A stretch of 64,000 bases of DNA, taken from an uncultured Chloroflexia bacterium. Lineage in GTDB: Bacteria > Chloroflexota > Anaerolineae > CG2-30-64-16. The notes beneath the pieces are model-generated. The model was not told the DNA's origin. It made no database searches and saw nothing but the letters and a program-made list of their open reading frames with translations. Both the position numbers and the translations under genes were made by a program. Numbering within the stretch: the first letter of the stretch is position 1; each line of letters opens with the position of its first letter. Shown piece by piece: positions 50,346-61,625 of the stretch. Location: NCBI GenBank assembly GCA_963810095.1, contig CAWEMM010000006.1:1088001-1152000 (forward strand), read 5' to 3'.

Positions 50346-51985
50346 GGGCTATCGACGAAGCGGTAAAGCAGCGCAGCCTGCGACCCCGTGCCGAAGGCGC
50401 GCACGTACGCGACCTCTTGGGGTGCGGTGGCGGGATCACTCAGCCCGGCATACTGGGGGCGCAGCCGGTTCAGCTCGGACAGGCTGACGAGGAGCAGAGA
50501 TGCGTGGCGCGCCCTGCCGTACTCGACCAGTTCATCCCAAGTCGCGTTCGGCGCGGCCACGACAGGTCGCCCCGCGTACAGGGCAACTTCTGTGTTCCGC
50601 GTCATCAGGACCGTATCGGGGGCGGTGTTTGCGGCCAGCCATTCTCCCGCGGCCAGATTGGCCCAGGGCATGGCGGCGGCGCCGCTGGCAAGCTGCTGTG
50701 GGGCCGCTATCACCGCCAGCACGAGGACCGCGCCTACCGTCAGGGTGGCCGCGAAGCGCGGGGCCCTCCGCGGGGCTTTCGGCCAGGCGGTCAGAAGAGA
50801 TTCGCCGGCCCATGTCGCGAGGTGAGTCAGCCCGGCCGCGGCCCACAGCATCCCGACGGGCAGCGCGCCCACGAGGAACCGGCTGATGACGAAAAAGGCC
50901 CAGAACGATGCCAGCGGCACGAGCGTTGCGACGAGCAGCGCCTCGCCCTTCCAGCGCGATGGCGACCACCCCCGGCCGAACAAGCCGAGCGCGGCCAGCG
51001 CCACGATGGCGGGGGTGAAAAGATCCTCGGCGAACAGCGCGTGGACCGTGCGGCGGATGTTCGCCAGCACATCACGCGCGAAACCCCCCGGATCGGCCGC
51101 CACCGCATCGCTCAGGCTTTTCTCGAAGCGATCGGGCGAGAGCCACATGATCTCGCTGCCTGCCGAGTCGAGGCGCGACACGGCCCGGTCGTGCGCGGCC
51201 TGGTCATTCGCCAGGTACGCGGGCGCAATGTCGAGGATGAGGCCGACCTTGCCGCTCAGCAGCCAGTGTCCCGTGGCCGAGTGGAGGTAAATCACGTAAG
51301 GGCTGATCACGAGGAGGCACGCGGCGACGGAGAGCGCCAGCCGGCCCACCGCACGGGGCAGGGCGAGGCGGTGCCTGAGCACGAAGGAGAACGTCCACCC
51401 GGCCATGAAGAGACCGAGCACGGCAAAATAGGTCAGTCCCTCGGGGCGCACGAGATAGGACAGGCCGAACCACACCCCGACCGCCGCGTACCAGAGCGTC
51501 CGCCGCCGTTCCTGCTGTCCGTAGACCGCCCGGTATACCGCCCACACCCCGCTGAAGACAAACAGCAGGAAGGGCGATTCCGTCATCGTGCTCCAGAGGT
51601 AGGGCCACGCGGCCAGCGCGGGGTAGACCGCAACCAGGCCGGCTGCGATAAATCCGGTCCGCCGGCCGTAGATGGCCCGGCCCAAGAGAAAGATCGGGAT
51701 GCAAAGGAGCGCGCCGGTCACGATGTGGATCGCTGCGGTGGCCCAGGCCGGCGCGAGGCCCAGCTTGAGCAAGGCAGCTGAGACGAGCGGCAGGAAGGGC
51801 GGCAGGTGCACGTCCAGGGTGCCCGCCAGCTCGGAATAGCCGCGGCCCCCCACGAGATGGCTCGCGACGAGCAAGTGCCCCGCTTCATCCCAGCGCACCA
51901 CGCGCGGGGTCAGCCCGTAGGCCAGCCGCAGCAAGGCCGCGGCGCCCACGATCAACCAGAGCGCAAGCCTGTCGCGGCGGCTCAT
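50342..51985 (-). CDS. ArnT/PMT-like GT-C glycosyltransferase
   Basis: First-loop RWDE, HLPPFLP, MTESPF, YLVRPEG; many TMs. Confidence 0.85.
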   Translation of the reverse strand: MSRRDRLALWLIVGAAALLRLAYGLTPRVVRWDEAGHLLVASHLVGGRGYSELAGTLDVHLPPFLPLVSAALLKLGLAPAWATAAIHIVTGALLCIPIFLLGRAIYGRRTGFIAAGLVAVYPALAAWPYLWSTMTESPFLLFVFSGVWAVYRAVYGQQERRRTLWYAAVGVWFGLSYLVRPEGLTYFAVLGLFMAGWTFSFVLRHRLALPRAVGRLALSVAACLLVISPYVIYLHSATGHWLLSGKVGLILDIAPAYLANDQAAHDRAVSRLDSAGSEIMWLSPDRFEKSLSDAVAADPGGFARDVLANIRRTVHALFAEDLFTPAIVALAALGLFGRGWSPSRWKGEALLVATLVPLASFWAFFVISRFLVGALPVGMLWAAAGLTHLATWAGESLLTAWPKAPRRAPRFAATLTVGAVLVLAVIAAPQQLASGAAAMPWANLAAGEWLAANTAPDTVLMTRNTEVALYAGRPVVAAPNATWDELVEYGRARHASLLLVSLSELNRLRPQYAGLSDPATAPQEVAYVRAFGTGSQAALLYRFVDSP

Positions 51986-53049
51986 CGCGATGCCTCGCCT
52001 CGCTGCTCCGCCGCCCCTGCCACGGCGACGGGAGGCGCCTCGTCCAGGTCTTCGCTCAGCGAGACGGCGGCCTTCGGGGAGAAACCGATGCCCTCACGCC
52101 ATCCGACGATCAGGCCGGCGATGCCAATGGGCACAATCTCCACCACGTGAAATGCGAGGCTGGCCGCGACCGCGGTCGCAGCCGGGATGCCCCAGAGGCC
52201 GAGGACGGCCACCCCGACCAACTCCTGGGTGCCCACGTAGCCGGGAGCGGCCGGCACCGCGGTGCTCAACCCGATCGCGCTGATCGAGAAAGCCGCTGCG
52301 GCCGGGCTCAACGTGACGCCAACTGCCCGCATCGCCAGCCAGTATTCCGTGATGCTTGCCATCCAGGCCAGCGCGGTGATGCCTACGACGCGCGCCAGCA
52401 GCGCGGGAGAGCGGAGCACTGCCAGCCCGTCGACGAACTTGAGCGTCCAGGCCGCGGGCTTGCCCAGCATGGGGAAACGGGCGGTCAGGCGGTCGAGGAT
52501 GCGGGCCACCAGCGGCCGTGCGGCCAGCACCAGCCATAGCATGATCAGGCCGGCCGCGAAAACTGCTCCCACAACCCGGCCCGCGGTGATCAGCCACTGG
52601 GGCGCACTTTGGGGAAGCAGCGGCATGGTCAGCAGCACCAGGGCGACCGTCGTGAGGCCGTCGATGACGCGCTCGGCCGCCACCGTGGCCAGACCCGCGC
52701 TCATCGGAACCCCTCGCGTGCGCAGGATGGCCGCCCGCAGCACCTCGCCCAGGCGCGCGGGCAGGATCAAATTGGCGGCATAACCGAGGACGGAAACGGG
52801 CCAAACCTGGCGAAGCGACAGCCGCTTGACAGGCGTAAGGAGCACGGTCCAGCGCCAGGCGCGCAGCGTCATGGCGACGAAGTACATGCCGGCCGAGGCA
52901 AAGAGGAGCCACCACTGCGCCTGGGCCAGGGCCTGGCCGACGAGCTTGAGATTGACCTCGCGCAGCAGCAGATAGATCGAGGCTGCACTGACTGCAAGCC
53001 CCACGGTCAGCTGCAGCCCTTGCCTGGCACGTGGGCTCAGTCTTCCCAC
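51982..53049 (-). CDS. LPG_synthase_TM (UPF0104) flippase-like membrane protein
   Basis: LRAWRW..LL, ANLILPARLGEVLR, ERVIDG, PAAPGYVG. Confidence 0.88.
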   Translation of the reverse strand: MGRLSPRARQGLQLTVGLAVSAASIYLLLREVNLKLVGQALAQAQWWLLFASAGMYFVAMTLRAWRWTVLLTPVKRLSLRQVWPVSVLGYAANLILPARLGEVLRAAILRTRGVPMSAGLATVAAERVIDGLTTVALVLLTMPLLPQSAPQWLITAGRVVGAVFAAGLIMLWLVLAARPLVARILDRLTARFPMLGKPAAWTLKFVDGLAVLRSPALLARVVGITALAWMASITEYWLAMRAVGVTLSPAAAAFSISAIGLSTAVPAAPGYVGTQELVGVAVLGLWGIPAATAVAASLAFHVVEIVPIGIAGLIVGWREGIGFSPKAAVSLSEDLDEAPPVAVAGAAEQRGEASR

Positions 53050-53052
53050 GCC

Positions 53053-53859
53053 CTAACCCCCCTTCAGGTCGGTGCGCAGGACCTCGGCCGCGTGGTGCCG
53101 CGAGAGAACGTCGCCCAACTGGACCTCGAACTGGCGGTAGTGGCGCAGGTGGGCGCGGTGCAGCCGGTAGCGGCTCATAACGCGCAGGGTGCTGAGCCCG
53201 TACTCCACGCTGCGCCGGAAGTTCACCGAGGACGCCTCGGCAAAGTAGCGGGTAGGGACGGCAATTTCGCCGATGCGGAATCCGAACGCCACGGCTTGCG
53301 CGATCACCTCGGTGTCGAAAACGAAGTCGTCCGAGTTGAGCAGGAAGGGAATGGTCTCGAGCAGCCCCCGGCTGTACGCGCGGAAGCCGCTGTGCATTTC
53401 AGAGAGATGCTGGCCCAAGGCCATGTTTTCGACGCCGGTTAAAAAGCGGTTCGACACGTACTTCCAAATGGGCATGCCGCCGGCCAGCGTGTCGCCCCCC
53501 AGCAAGCGCGAGCCAAGCATCATGTCTGCCTCGCCGCGCTCGATCGGCGCGATCAATTCGGGGATGCGCGTCGAGTCGTACTGGTAATCGGGGTGCAGCA
53601 TGACGACGATATCGGCGCCATCGCGCAGCGCTTCGATATAGCAGGTCTTCTGATTACCGCCGTAACCCCGGTTCTGAATGTGGATGACCACCCGCAGCCC
53701 GAGTTGGCGCGCAATCTCGACCGTCTCATCCTTGCTCACGTCGTCTACAAGGATCACTTCGTCCACGGTCTGCGGCGGGATATCGTTATAGGTGCGCTCG
53801 AGCGTCTTAGCAGCGTTATATGCAGGCATCACGACGACGACTTTGAGCTTCTCCGGCAT
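53053..53859 (-). CDS. DPM1-like GT2 polyprenol-phosphate glycosyltransferase
   Basis: [38 protein letters not shown]. Confidence 0.9.
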   Translation of the reverse strand: MPEKLKVVVVMPAYNAAKTLERTYNDIPPQTVDEVILVDDVSKDETVEIARQLGLRVVIHIQNRGYGGNQKTCYIEALRDGADIVVMLHPDYQYDSTRIPELIAPIERGEADMMLGSRLLGGDTLAGGMPIWKYVSNRFLTGVENMALGQHLSEMHSGFRAYSRGLLETIPFLLNSDDFVFDTEVIAQAVAFGFRIGEIAVPTRYFAEASSVNFRRSVEYGLSTLRVMSRYRLHRAHLRHYRQFEVQLGDVLSRHHAAEVLRTDLKGG

Positions 53860-53934
53860 GCGCGATTCCTCCAATTCCCCACGAGCCCGCCCGGGCGCCT
53901 GCACGCCCGGTAGTTCCGCAAGACAAAAAACGAT

Positions 53935-54636
53935 CTACAGCGTGACCTGAAAGAGCGTCGCCAGGTGGGGACCGGCGATCAGCGTGAACATCACCAGGGC
54001 AATGCCGGCATTGGCAACCGCCCGGCGCAGCGCAAAGCTGTGCTTGCGTGAGAGCCAGGTCGCTACGAGCACCAGCCCCAGCGCGACGACGAGGTAGACC
54101 AGCGCCTCGGGGCGCGTCAGGTAGGCCAGGCCGACGAACAGCCCGCCGATCGCGGCGGGCCACAGCACGGCTTCGTCTACCGCAACGAGCAGGAAATACC
54201 AGGCCGCAGCCACCAGCAGCAGGTACATGGGCTCGATCAGCGCGGCCGCGTGGGGAAAGCTGCCGAGCATCACGGGATAAAACACGGTCGCCAGGCCCGC
54301 ACCCGCGGCGATTGCCTCGCCGCCCATGCGCCGGGCAATGCCGTAGACGGGCGCTACCAGCAGCCCGCCAAACACGACGTACATCAGCACGGTGCTCAAG
54401 GTCAGCGCCGCTGTGCCGGTCAGGCCGACGGACGCCATGGCACGCGCTACCAGCCCGGCCAGGGCAGGAAACAGCGGGGTTTGGCTGCCGCTCGTCCACG
54501 CATAAAGGGGCTGCTCGCCCCACTGGGCGCGCACCTGGCTGATCCAAAAGATACGTGCAGCAGCAGCCCCGACGAACAGCACGCCGACGGCTGCCGCTCG
54601 CTTCACGGTGTAGTTTTTCTGCTGGGTGAGTTCCAT
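53935..54636 (-). CDS. Short GT-C-like membrane protein, truncated paralog of the 50342-51985 protein
   Basis: PLFP, VYGIARR, FYP, IEPMY, GLAYLTRPEAL. Confidence 0.7.
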   Translation of the reverse strand: MELTQQKNYTVKRAAAVGVLFVGAAAARIFWISQVRAQWGEQPLYAWTSGSQTPLFPALAGLVARAMASVGLTGTAALTLSTVLMYVVFGGLLVAPVYGIARRMGGEAIAAGAGLATVFYPVMLGSFPHAAALIEPMYLLLVAAAWYFLLVAVDEAVLWPAAIGGLFVGLAYLTRPEALVYLVVALGLVLVATWLSRKHSFALRRAVANAGIALVMFTLIAGPHLATLFQVTL

Positions 54637-54717
54637 TGTATTCACCTTGGGCGAGCGCCCTAAACGACCGGTCGAGGTCCTGCGGAGCAAGCTCGCGGGG
54701 GATATGTTTTTACTGGG

Positions 54718-55347
54718 TTAGCTGGCAAACCTGAACACTGCGACTTCCAGGCCGGGAATACTGTCGACCGTCCGGCTTTGCTCGTGCACGAGGCCCCCGA
54801 CCCTGGCCGGGAGTTCCGTGGTTTCGAGCGGGCTGATCACAAGCAGCAGACGTCCGCCGGGCGCCAGGTGGGGCCGGGCGCCCTCGGCAATCTCCGCCAG
54901 GAAATCGAGCCGCTTGCGCTCGAGCACGGGTTGCGTCACCCGCATGAGCGCGTTGGCCACCATGCCGACCCGCCGCAGCGTGGCCGTGACGAGCCGGCTG
55001 CTCTCGGTTTCGTCCGAGCGCATGGGTGGGTTGCATGCGATGATGTCGTACTGCCCCTGCACTGCGCTGTACAGGTCGGATGCGTAAATGTGGGGCGCCA
55101 CGCCGTTTAGTTCCGCGTTCCGCTTGGCGAGCGCCAATGCCCTGGGACTGACGTCCACCGCATCGACCTGCCAGCCCTTAAGGGCCAGGTAGATGCCGAC
55201 ATACCCGGTGCCTGCGCCCAAATCGAGCGCCCGGCACGTGTTGCAGCCTTTGCCGGTGACCTGGTAGGCCGTCTCGGCCAGCAGACGGGTATCCTCGCGG
55301 ACGCCGCAAACGCCAATACCGTCGTCAATCCTGATGTTTGCGCTCAC
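54718..55347 (-). CDS. HemK/MTS-like methyltransferase
   Basis: ALDLGAGTGY, VDVSPRAL, YDIIACNPP. Confidence 0.85.
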   Translation of the reverse strand: MSANIRIDDGIGVCGVREDTRLLAETAYQVTGKGCNTCRALDLGAGTGYVGIYLALKGWQVDAVDVSPRALALAKRNAELNGVAPHIYASDLYSAVQGQYDIIACNPPMRSDETESSRLVTATLRRVGMVANALMRVTQPVLERKRLDFLAEIAEGARPHLAPGGRLLLVISPLETTELPARVGGLVHEQSRTVDSIPGLEVAVFRFAS

Positions 55348-55362
55348 GCCCGCTGCTCCACT

Positions 55363-55779
55363 TCAGAAAGCTCCTGATGCACCGACGTTGCTCGAGACCT
55401 CCGCGGTCTGCTGCGAGATCGCGGCCCGGTCGGCTTTCATCGCGTCCAGTTCCTGCCGCAGCAACCCCAACTCCTGAGTCAGCACCTTGATGTGATCCGC
55501 GTTATGCGAAACGGTGAGCGACAACTGCAGGACGATCAGCATGAGCGCGATCACCGACAGGGCCAGCAGCAGTGCCGGCGGATAGGCCACGCCGAGAGCG
55601 TAGGCCAGCCGGTCGATCACATGGATGAACAAAGGGGCCAGCACCAGCCCCGCGGCGGCCAAGACCCACAAGACCGCGTAGCGTTCCTGGAGCTTACGCG
55701 TGCGCATCAGGTTGATCACGAAGGCCAACACGAAGAGGCCCACGATGAACATCGTCGCGCGTGTGCGCGGGTCAATCAT
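55363..55779 (-). CDS. DUF2304 family membrane protein
   Basis: RKLQERYAVLW, LGVAYPP, IKVLTQELGLL; the usual partner of a DPM1-like GT2. Confidence 0.85.
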   Translation of the reverse strand: MIDPRTRATMFIVGLFVLAFVINLMRTRKLQERYAVLWVLAAAGLVLAPLFIHVIDRLAYALGVAYPPALLLALSVIALMLIVLQLSLTVSHNADHIKVLTQELGLLRQELDAMKADRAAISQQTAEVSSNVGASGAF

Positions 55780-56526
55780 CGCGGCATCCTCTCGAGGGGC
55801 AGCGCCCGCCGAGGGCTGGCATGCGTGCCCTGCCGCACGAGCACCATGGCAATGGCCAGCCACATCTTGCCGACATAGTAAAAGGGCTTCCAACCGCTGT
55901 GCATCGACACGCCCGAGATGCGCTCACGCATCGTGACCGGCACTTCCTGGGTCTTGAACCCGGCGTAGTGCAGCACCAGCAGCGTATCGGCGTCGGGATA
56001 GTCTACAGGGTAGTTGTCACGGGCGAAAAATCGCATGGCCTCGGCGTTGAGGGCTTGAAAGCCGGACGTCGGATCGGTCACAGGCCGCCGTGTGACCGCC
56101 GAAACAGTCCACGCAAACACCTTCATGCCGATCCGCTTCACCAGCGGCTGGTGGTACATCATGCGGCCTCGAAAGCGGGAACCCACGGCCACGTCGGCCG
56201 CGCCGCCAAGCACCACCTCTGCCAGCAGGGGAATGCAGGCCGGGTCGTGCTGGCCGTCCGCATCGACGACGACGCACACGTCATACCCGTGCCGCACCGC
56301 GTACATGAAGCCCGTCTGCACGGCGCCACCATAACCCAAGTTGGCCGGCAGGGTGACGACGACCGCCCCCATGCACGCCCGCGACCTCGGCGGTGTCGTC
56401 TGTGCTTCCGTCATTGACGACGAGCAGATCGAAGTCTGGAGCGGCGCGATGAACCTCGGGGATGACCCGTGGAAGGTTGGTTGCTTCGTTGTGAGCGGGC
56501 ATGATGACCAACCGCTTTGCCCGCAT
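55776..56526 (-). CDS. DPM1-like GT2 (frameshift ~56380)
   Basis: MPAHNEA, VNDGSTD, NLGYGGAVQTG, DADGQH, DPTSGF. Confidence 0.87.
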
Positions 56527-56571
56527 CCGATCCTGCCCGGATGACATTATCATACACGACGTCCGAATTTC

Positions 56572-57519
56572 TCAAAATATGACAAATTCACGAGTAGGAA
56601 CAATGACGTAGGACTCGGTCAATTGTCCCAGGATGTGTTCGTACAGCAGCTGCTTGGCCGTCCAAGGTTCGGCGAGGAAGCGGTAGGACGCGAGCGCCGG
56701 GTCCATGGTTGCGCCGTCCGCCGCCAGGTCGACCACGTCGGCGGCGTGGAGCAGGTAGTTGATGCGCGTGCCCCGCGCCTTACACAGCCCAAAACCCAGG
56801 TCAAACAGCCAGCGCCCCGCGGTCAGCACGAAGGTGCTGTGCATGGGCACTCGCAGCAGCGGCGTCGTCGTGACCGGCGCCTCGAGCAGCGGGCCGCCAT
56901 CCAGCGGATACGGGTGCAGGGGCGAAAAGCCGTAGCCGAAACGGCCGTAATGGGTGGGGTCCACTTCGCCCTTCGACAGCACTCGCTGCGTCGCCCGGAG
57001 CATCCCCGCGTAATAAGTCGGTAGCCGGGATGAATCGTAGCAGTAGCCGAGCTCGCCCAGGACTTCGGGCAGCCCGGGATTATAGCTGAAGCCGGGCGCT
57101 TTGAACCCCACCGGCGCCTGGCCTGCAGCGTCCGCGATCTTCTCATGCGCTTCGACCACGTCGCTGCGCAGCGCCGTGCGGCTCAGCCACGCGTACCCGT
57201 TCCGGTGCTCGGCCAAGTGATTCGCCACCTCGTGCCCGCGGCGCACCATCTCGCGGATCGTCGGGGCCTGCGCGGGTAAATCGCGTCCGCACACGAAGAA
57301 GGTCGCCCGCGCCCCGTAGCGATCGAACAGGTCGAGCAGCCGCGGGATGCCCTGCGTGAAGGCTGCCGGCTCCACGCCGGGGGGCGCCTGGCGGCCGATG
57401 CTCTCGTAATAAACCCACAGGTCGTCGACGTCGACCTGGATCGTGCCCACCGGCTTCGTCTTGCCCACTGGCTTCGTCGTGCTCCGCGTCGCGCCGGCCC
57501 CGCCGTCCGCGCCGCTCAT
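56572..57519 (-). CDS. Polysaccharide deacetylase (CE4-like)
   Basis: VDVDD, ATFFV.G, GHEVANH...H, GFKAPGF, YDSS. Confidence 0.85.
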   Translation of the reverse strand: MSGADGGAGATRSTTKPVGKTKPVGTIQVDVDDLWVYYESIGRQAPPGVEPAAFTQGIPRLLDLFDRYGARATFFVCGRDLPAQAPTIREMVRRGHEVANHLAEHRNGYAWLSRTALRSDVVEAHEKIADAAGQAPVGFKAPGFSYNPGLPEVLGELGYCYDSSRLPTYYAGMLRATQRVLSKGEVDPTHYGRFGYGFSPLHPYPLDGGPLLEAPVTTTPLLRVPMHSTFVLTAGRWLFDLGFGLCKARGTRINYLLHAADVVDLAADGATMDPALASYRFLAEPWTAKQLLYEHILGQLTESYVIVPTREFVIF

Positions 57520-57529
57520 GCTGCGCCGC

Positions 57530-60060
57530 TCATGCGGCCCCGCGCTCGTCGGGCGCCGTGTTCGCCGAGGCGGGTCCCCGCGACGTGCTGAAATCGATCG
57601 TCGGCGCTTCGGCCAGGCGCAGTTCGAGCGGCAGCTCGACATGGAACGAGGTCCCGTGCCCCGCGATCCCGTCGCTTTCGATCCAGATGGCCCCGTTGTG
57701 CCGCTCCACGATGTGCCGCGAGATGGCGAGCCCCAGGCCCGTGCCGCGGTACGCCCGGTTTTCGCCGCGATCGACCTGGTAGAAACGGTCGAACACCTTC
57801 TCTTGCTCGTCGGGCGGAATGCCGATGCCCGTGTCGTGCACGGTCAGGCGCACGGTTCCGCAGGTCTCACCTGGCGCGCCCGTGCGCCGCGCCCAATGGT
57901 GATCTCCCCGTGCTGCGGGGTGAACTTGATCGCGTTTTCCACCAGGTTTGTCAGCACCTGGTCGAGACGCACGCGGTCCCCGTCGATCGTCGGGAGATCG
58001 TCCGGAAAGTCGGTGTAGAGGGTCAGGACCCCTTCCTCCGCCAGCGGCGCGAGCTTGGTCGCAACCCCGTGCGCAATGGCCGCCAGCGACACTTCCTCCA
58101 GGTTGAGCTTGATCCGGCCCGCCTCCATGCGCGAAAACTCGAGCAGGTCGTCGATCATGCGCTGCAGCACCGTGGTTTGCGTTCGCACGGTCTTGAGGAA
58201 GTCCTCCTGCAGTTCGGTCACCGGTCCGGTCTTGCCCATCAGGATGATCTCGACAAACCCCTTGATCGAATGCAGCGGCGTGCGCAGTTCATGGCTGACC
58301 ACCGACAGGAAGTTCGACTTCATGCGCTCGACTTCCTTTTGGGCGGTGATATCACGCAGCACCGCGACGACGCCGCTCACCTCCTCCGCCGAATCGAGCA
58401 CAGGCGAAGCCAACGCGCCGTATGTGCGCACCTCGCCGCCCTGCCACCGGCCCTGCCTCCGTGCAAGAGACGGGCTGGGCGGGGTCAGATCCAGCTCGCG
58501 AATCTGTTCCTGGCCGGTCGCAAGTGTCTGGGCGAGAAGGTCGGCAAATGCGGGCGCCGAGAGATACGGGTGCAGCGGAACGCCCGCGGGCGGCTCCGCT
58601 TCCAGGCCCAGGATGTCGCGCGCGACCGGGTTCATCAGGATGAGCGAGAGGTCGGTGCCCGCCACGACCACGCCGTCGCCAATCCCCGCCAGCACCGCCT
58701 CCAACTCGCGCCGTTTCTCGTACGCGTCCTGGTACAGCCGGGCGTTTTCCAGCGCGGTTGCGGCGAAGTAGGCGAAGCTCGTCAGGAGCTGCTCGGACGT
58801 GTTCAACGCGGGCGCCGCGCCCGGGCGGACCGCAGTCGAACCGTGCTCCGCCACATAGAGTGCGCCGATCGCATGCCCGCGCGAGACGAGCGCGGTGACG
58901 TAATAGGGATTCCCGCCCAGCCGCGCGCCCAGCCCGCCCGCACAATCTGGCGCCACCCTGATCGGCCGGCTGCTGCCGCCCGCGGGCACGCTGAGGTCGT
59001 CGCAGGCGTCGAAGGTGGCAGGCTCGTCGGCCGAGGACAACCGGAACGCAGCCGGTTCGCTCATCTCGTCGCTCAGCAGCGCCCCGGCCAGCGCGATGCC
59101 GTCGCGGCCCGAGTCCTCCGCACCGCCGCCCGTCCGCCGGTCGGCCTCTTCGCCGTAAGAGGGCTCGAGCAGGGCGACGGCACAGTGGCTGCTGCCGGTC
59201 GCACTTGCCAGGCGTTCGACCACCAACTGCAGGGTTTCTTCGGTGCGCAGCGTGGTTGCGAGCGCCTTCGCAACCTCCTGCAGCGCACGCAGCTCGAGGA
59301 GGCGATCGCCCAGATCCGTCGCCGTGCGCTGCAGCACTTCGGTCTGCAGCGCCAGCGCGGCCTGCTGCTGAGCCAGCACGCTTTCAAGCGCGGTCGTCTG
59401 CCGGGTGCGCCGCGCGAGCTCCATGCCGATCAACACGATGCCGATCAGCCAGACCCAGAGCAGCACGTAGCGGCTGAGGAAAGCCGGGTCGGCCAGGAAG
59501 CCGGCGCTGCCCGAAGCCAGCCAGAGCGCGCCGGCGTAGAGCGGCCCAAAGATGAACGGCAGCCAGAGCATGTTGGGCAGGACCGGGGCGAGCGCAACCG
59601 CCTTGACCGAGAGCAAGACGAGCAGGATGTAGAGTGCGCTGGCCAGGCCGCCGTCGCGCCAGATCAGCGCGCAGACGAACACCGCGTCGACGGCAAACAG
59701 CGCGTAGGCCAGGGCCGCCTGGCCCGTGCTCGCCGCCGGCGCTCGGCCGCCCCTGTCGTCAGCCTTCCCTGCTTCGGCGCGGGCAGCCCTCAGCCAGAAA
59801 AATGTCGCCCCGATGGCAACCACCGCATATGCGGCGATGATCAAGGGCCACAAGCCTTGCGATTCCCCCGTCCGCGTCCGATACAGCACCCAAACGCCGA
59901 GCGCGAGCAGCGTCCAGCGTGCGGGCACGTCGGTCAGGCGCTGGAGATAGGCCAGCGAAAGAGGGCGGCCCCGTCCTTGGGTTGTGCGTCCTGGCGTCTC
60001 GACGGACGCGACGCCAGGAGTGACGGGGAGGCTAAGGCGATCTGGCTGTGCTTGCATCAT
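57530..60060 (-). CDS. Membrane sensor histidine kinase TM-GAF-PAS-HisKA-HATPase (frameshift ~57865)
   Basis: ALENARLY, NFLSVVSHELRTPL, NLVENAIKFT, DTGIGIP, FDRFYQ, GTGLGL. Confidence 0.9.
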
Positions 60061-60088
60061 GAATTTGTCGGGTCCGCGCCGGGGGCGC

Positions 60089-61625
60089 TTACCGGTCCTC
60101 TCGGGTCGGCGCAGGGCCGGACGTTGGAGCGCTCGTCGGCGGCAAGACCTCGGTCGGCCCTGCCTGCGGCGGCGCCGTGGGCTGGGTCTGGACCGGCGCA
60201 GTCGGCGGTGCAGCAGGCGGCGTCTCGGTCGGTGGCCTCGACGTTACAGTCGCCCTGCGCGTCGGCGTTGCTGCCGGTAGGGTGGCCGTGGGCGACGCGG
60301 TGGCGGTGAAGGTCGGCGAGGCGGTCGCCCTCACGGTTGCGGTGGGCGAGGCGGTCGCGCTCGGTGCCGCTGTCGCTTTCGCCGGCGCAGTAGGCTGCGC
60401 ACTTGGGCGCGCACTCGTCGGCGCTGCGGTCGCCGGGGCTGCGGGCACTGCGCTCGGCAGGGCCGTGACCGTACTCGTGGGTGTGGCCGTGGGCGTTGCC
60501 GGCGTCACGGGCCGCGCCCATACGCCGTCCTCGGTCGTTGCATACAGGGTCGAGCGCGTGCCGGGTTGCACGGCCAGCGACGTGACGTGCTGTGCGCGCG
60601 GCGCGCCCAGGTGGGCCCAGGTATCGCCCCGGTCAGGTGTGTGGTAAACCTGGCCCCCGCGGACCGCCGCATAAACACTGTCCCGGATGCCCGGCTCGGC
60701 CGCCAGCGACACGCCCTCGCCCGGCAGCCCGCGGGCCTCCCACGCGTCGGCCTTGTCGCCACGGAAGAACAGCATGGGCTCACCCTCTCGGGCCGCGGCG
60801 GCCCATTGTGCATCATCCCCAGCCCAAGCCGCCGCAGTCACCGGCTCATCCACCGGGCCGGCCCCATGCCACGACAGGCCACCGTTGTCGCTCACCCACA
60901 GTTCCCCATGCTTTGATAGGGCCAGGATATGCTCGGGCGTGTGGGCCTGCACCAACAGTTCGTCGACAAGGTCTTCCGCCCCCGGCCCGACCGGGTTGCC
61001 GTCCGCGCTTTCTTGCGGCCACGGTCCCCCCGGCGCCCAGGTCGCGCCGCCGTCGAGGCTGCGCTGGAGCCGCCGGGACCCCGTCGCGATCACGATTGCG
61101 GACGGGCCGTCTGCCGAGCCTGCCACCACGGCGAGTACCGGCGCAGGCGACTCGCCCGGCGCGACCTCGACCGGCTGCCACCCGGACCCGCCGTCCTCGC
61201 TGTGATACAACTGCCGCGCTTCGGCCGGTCCCGCCAGCGCGTACATCTCCAGCGGCTTCCCCGGCACGTTGCGCCAACTCGCCAGCAGCGGCGCGCCAAA
61301 GGCCGAATGTGGCAAGCCCTGGTCGATGCGCTGCCAGGAACCATCTTGCCGCGGCGGGACCGTCGACCCGACGCCAGAGCCCCCCGTGGGTTTGCGCATA
61401 GAGCGCGCTCCTGCCGTCTTCCAGCGCAACGGCAGATAGTGCGAGGACCGTCTGGCCCTGCAGCCCGTAGGGCGCCCACTCGCCGCCCGCGGCACCAAAC
61501 CCGCCCGCGCCCGTCAGGGGCACAAACAGCAGCGGAGACATGAAGAGCGCAGACGCGGCGACCAGGCCCAGCAAGACGGCGTGGGATTTCTGTGCCCGAG
61601 TTAGCCAGCGGCGAAATCGCGTCAT
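60089..61625 (-). CDS. Membrane-anchored BNR/YCF48-like propeller protein with Thr/Pro/Ala tail (frameshift ~61350)
   Basis: N-terminal TM; SEDGGSGW, SLDGGATW, SDNGGLSW, TPDRGDTW. Confidence 0.72.

Noticed and set aside
54718-55347. DNA methyltransferase or restriction system (NPP motif)
   Set aside because: Small HemK/MTS-like protein with no target-recognition domain and no nuclease neighbour
42068-60309. Long plus-strand ORFs (42068..44200, 45815..47611, 57910..60309, also 33792..35759)
   Set aside because: Antisense shadows of real genes in high-GC DNA; Arg/Gly-rich with no recognisable motifs
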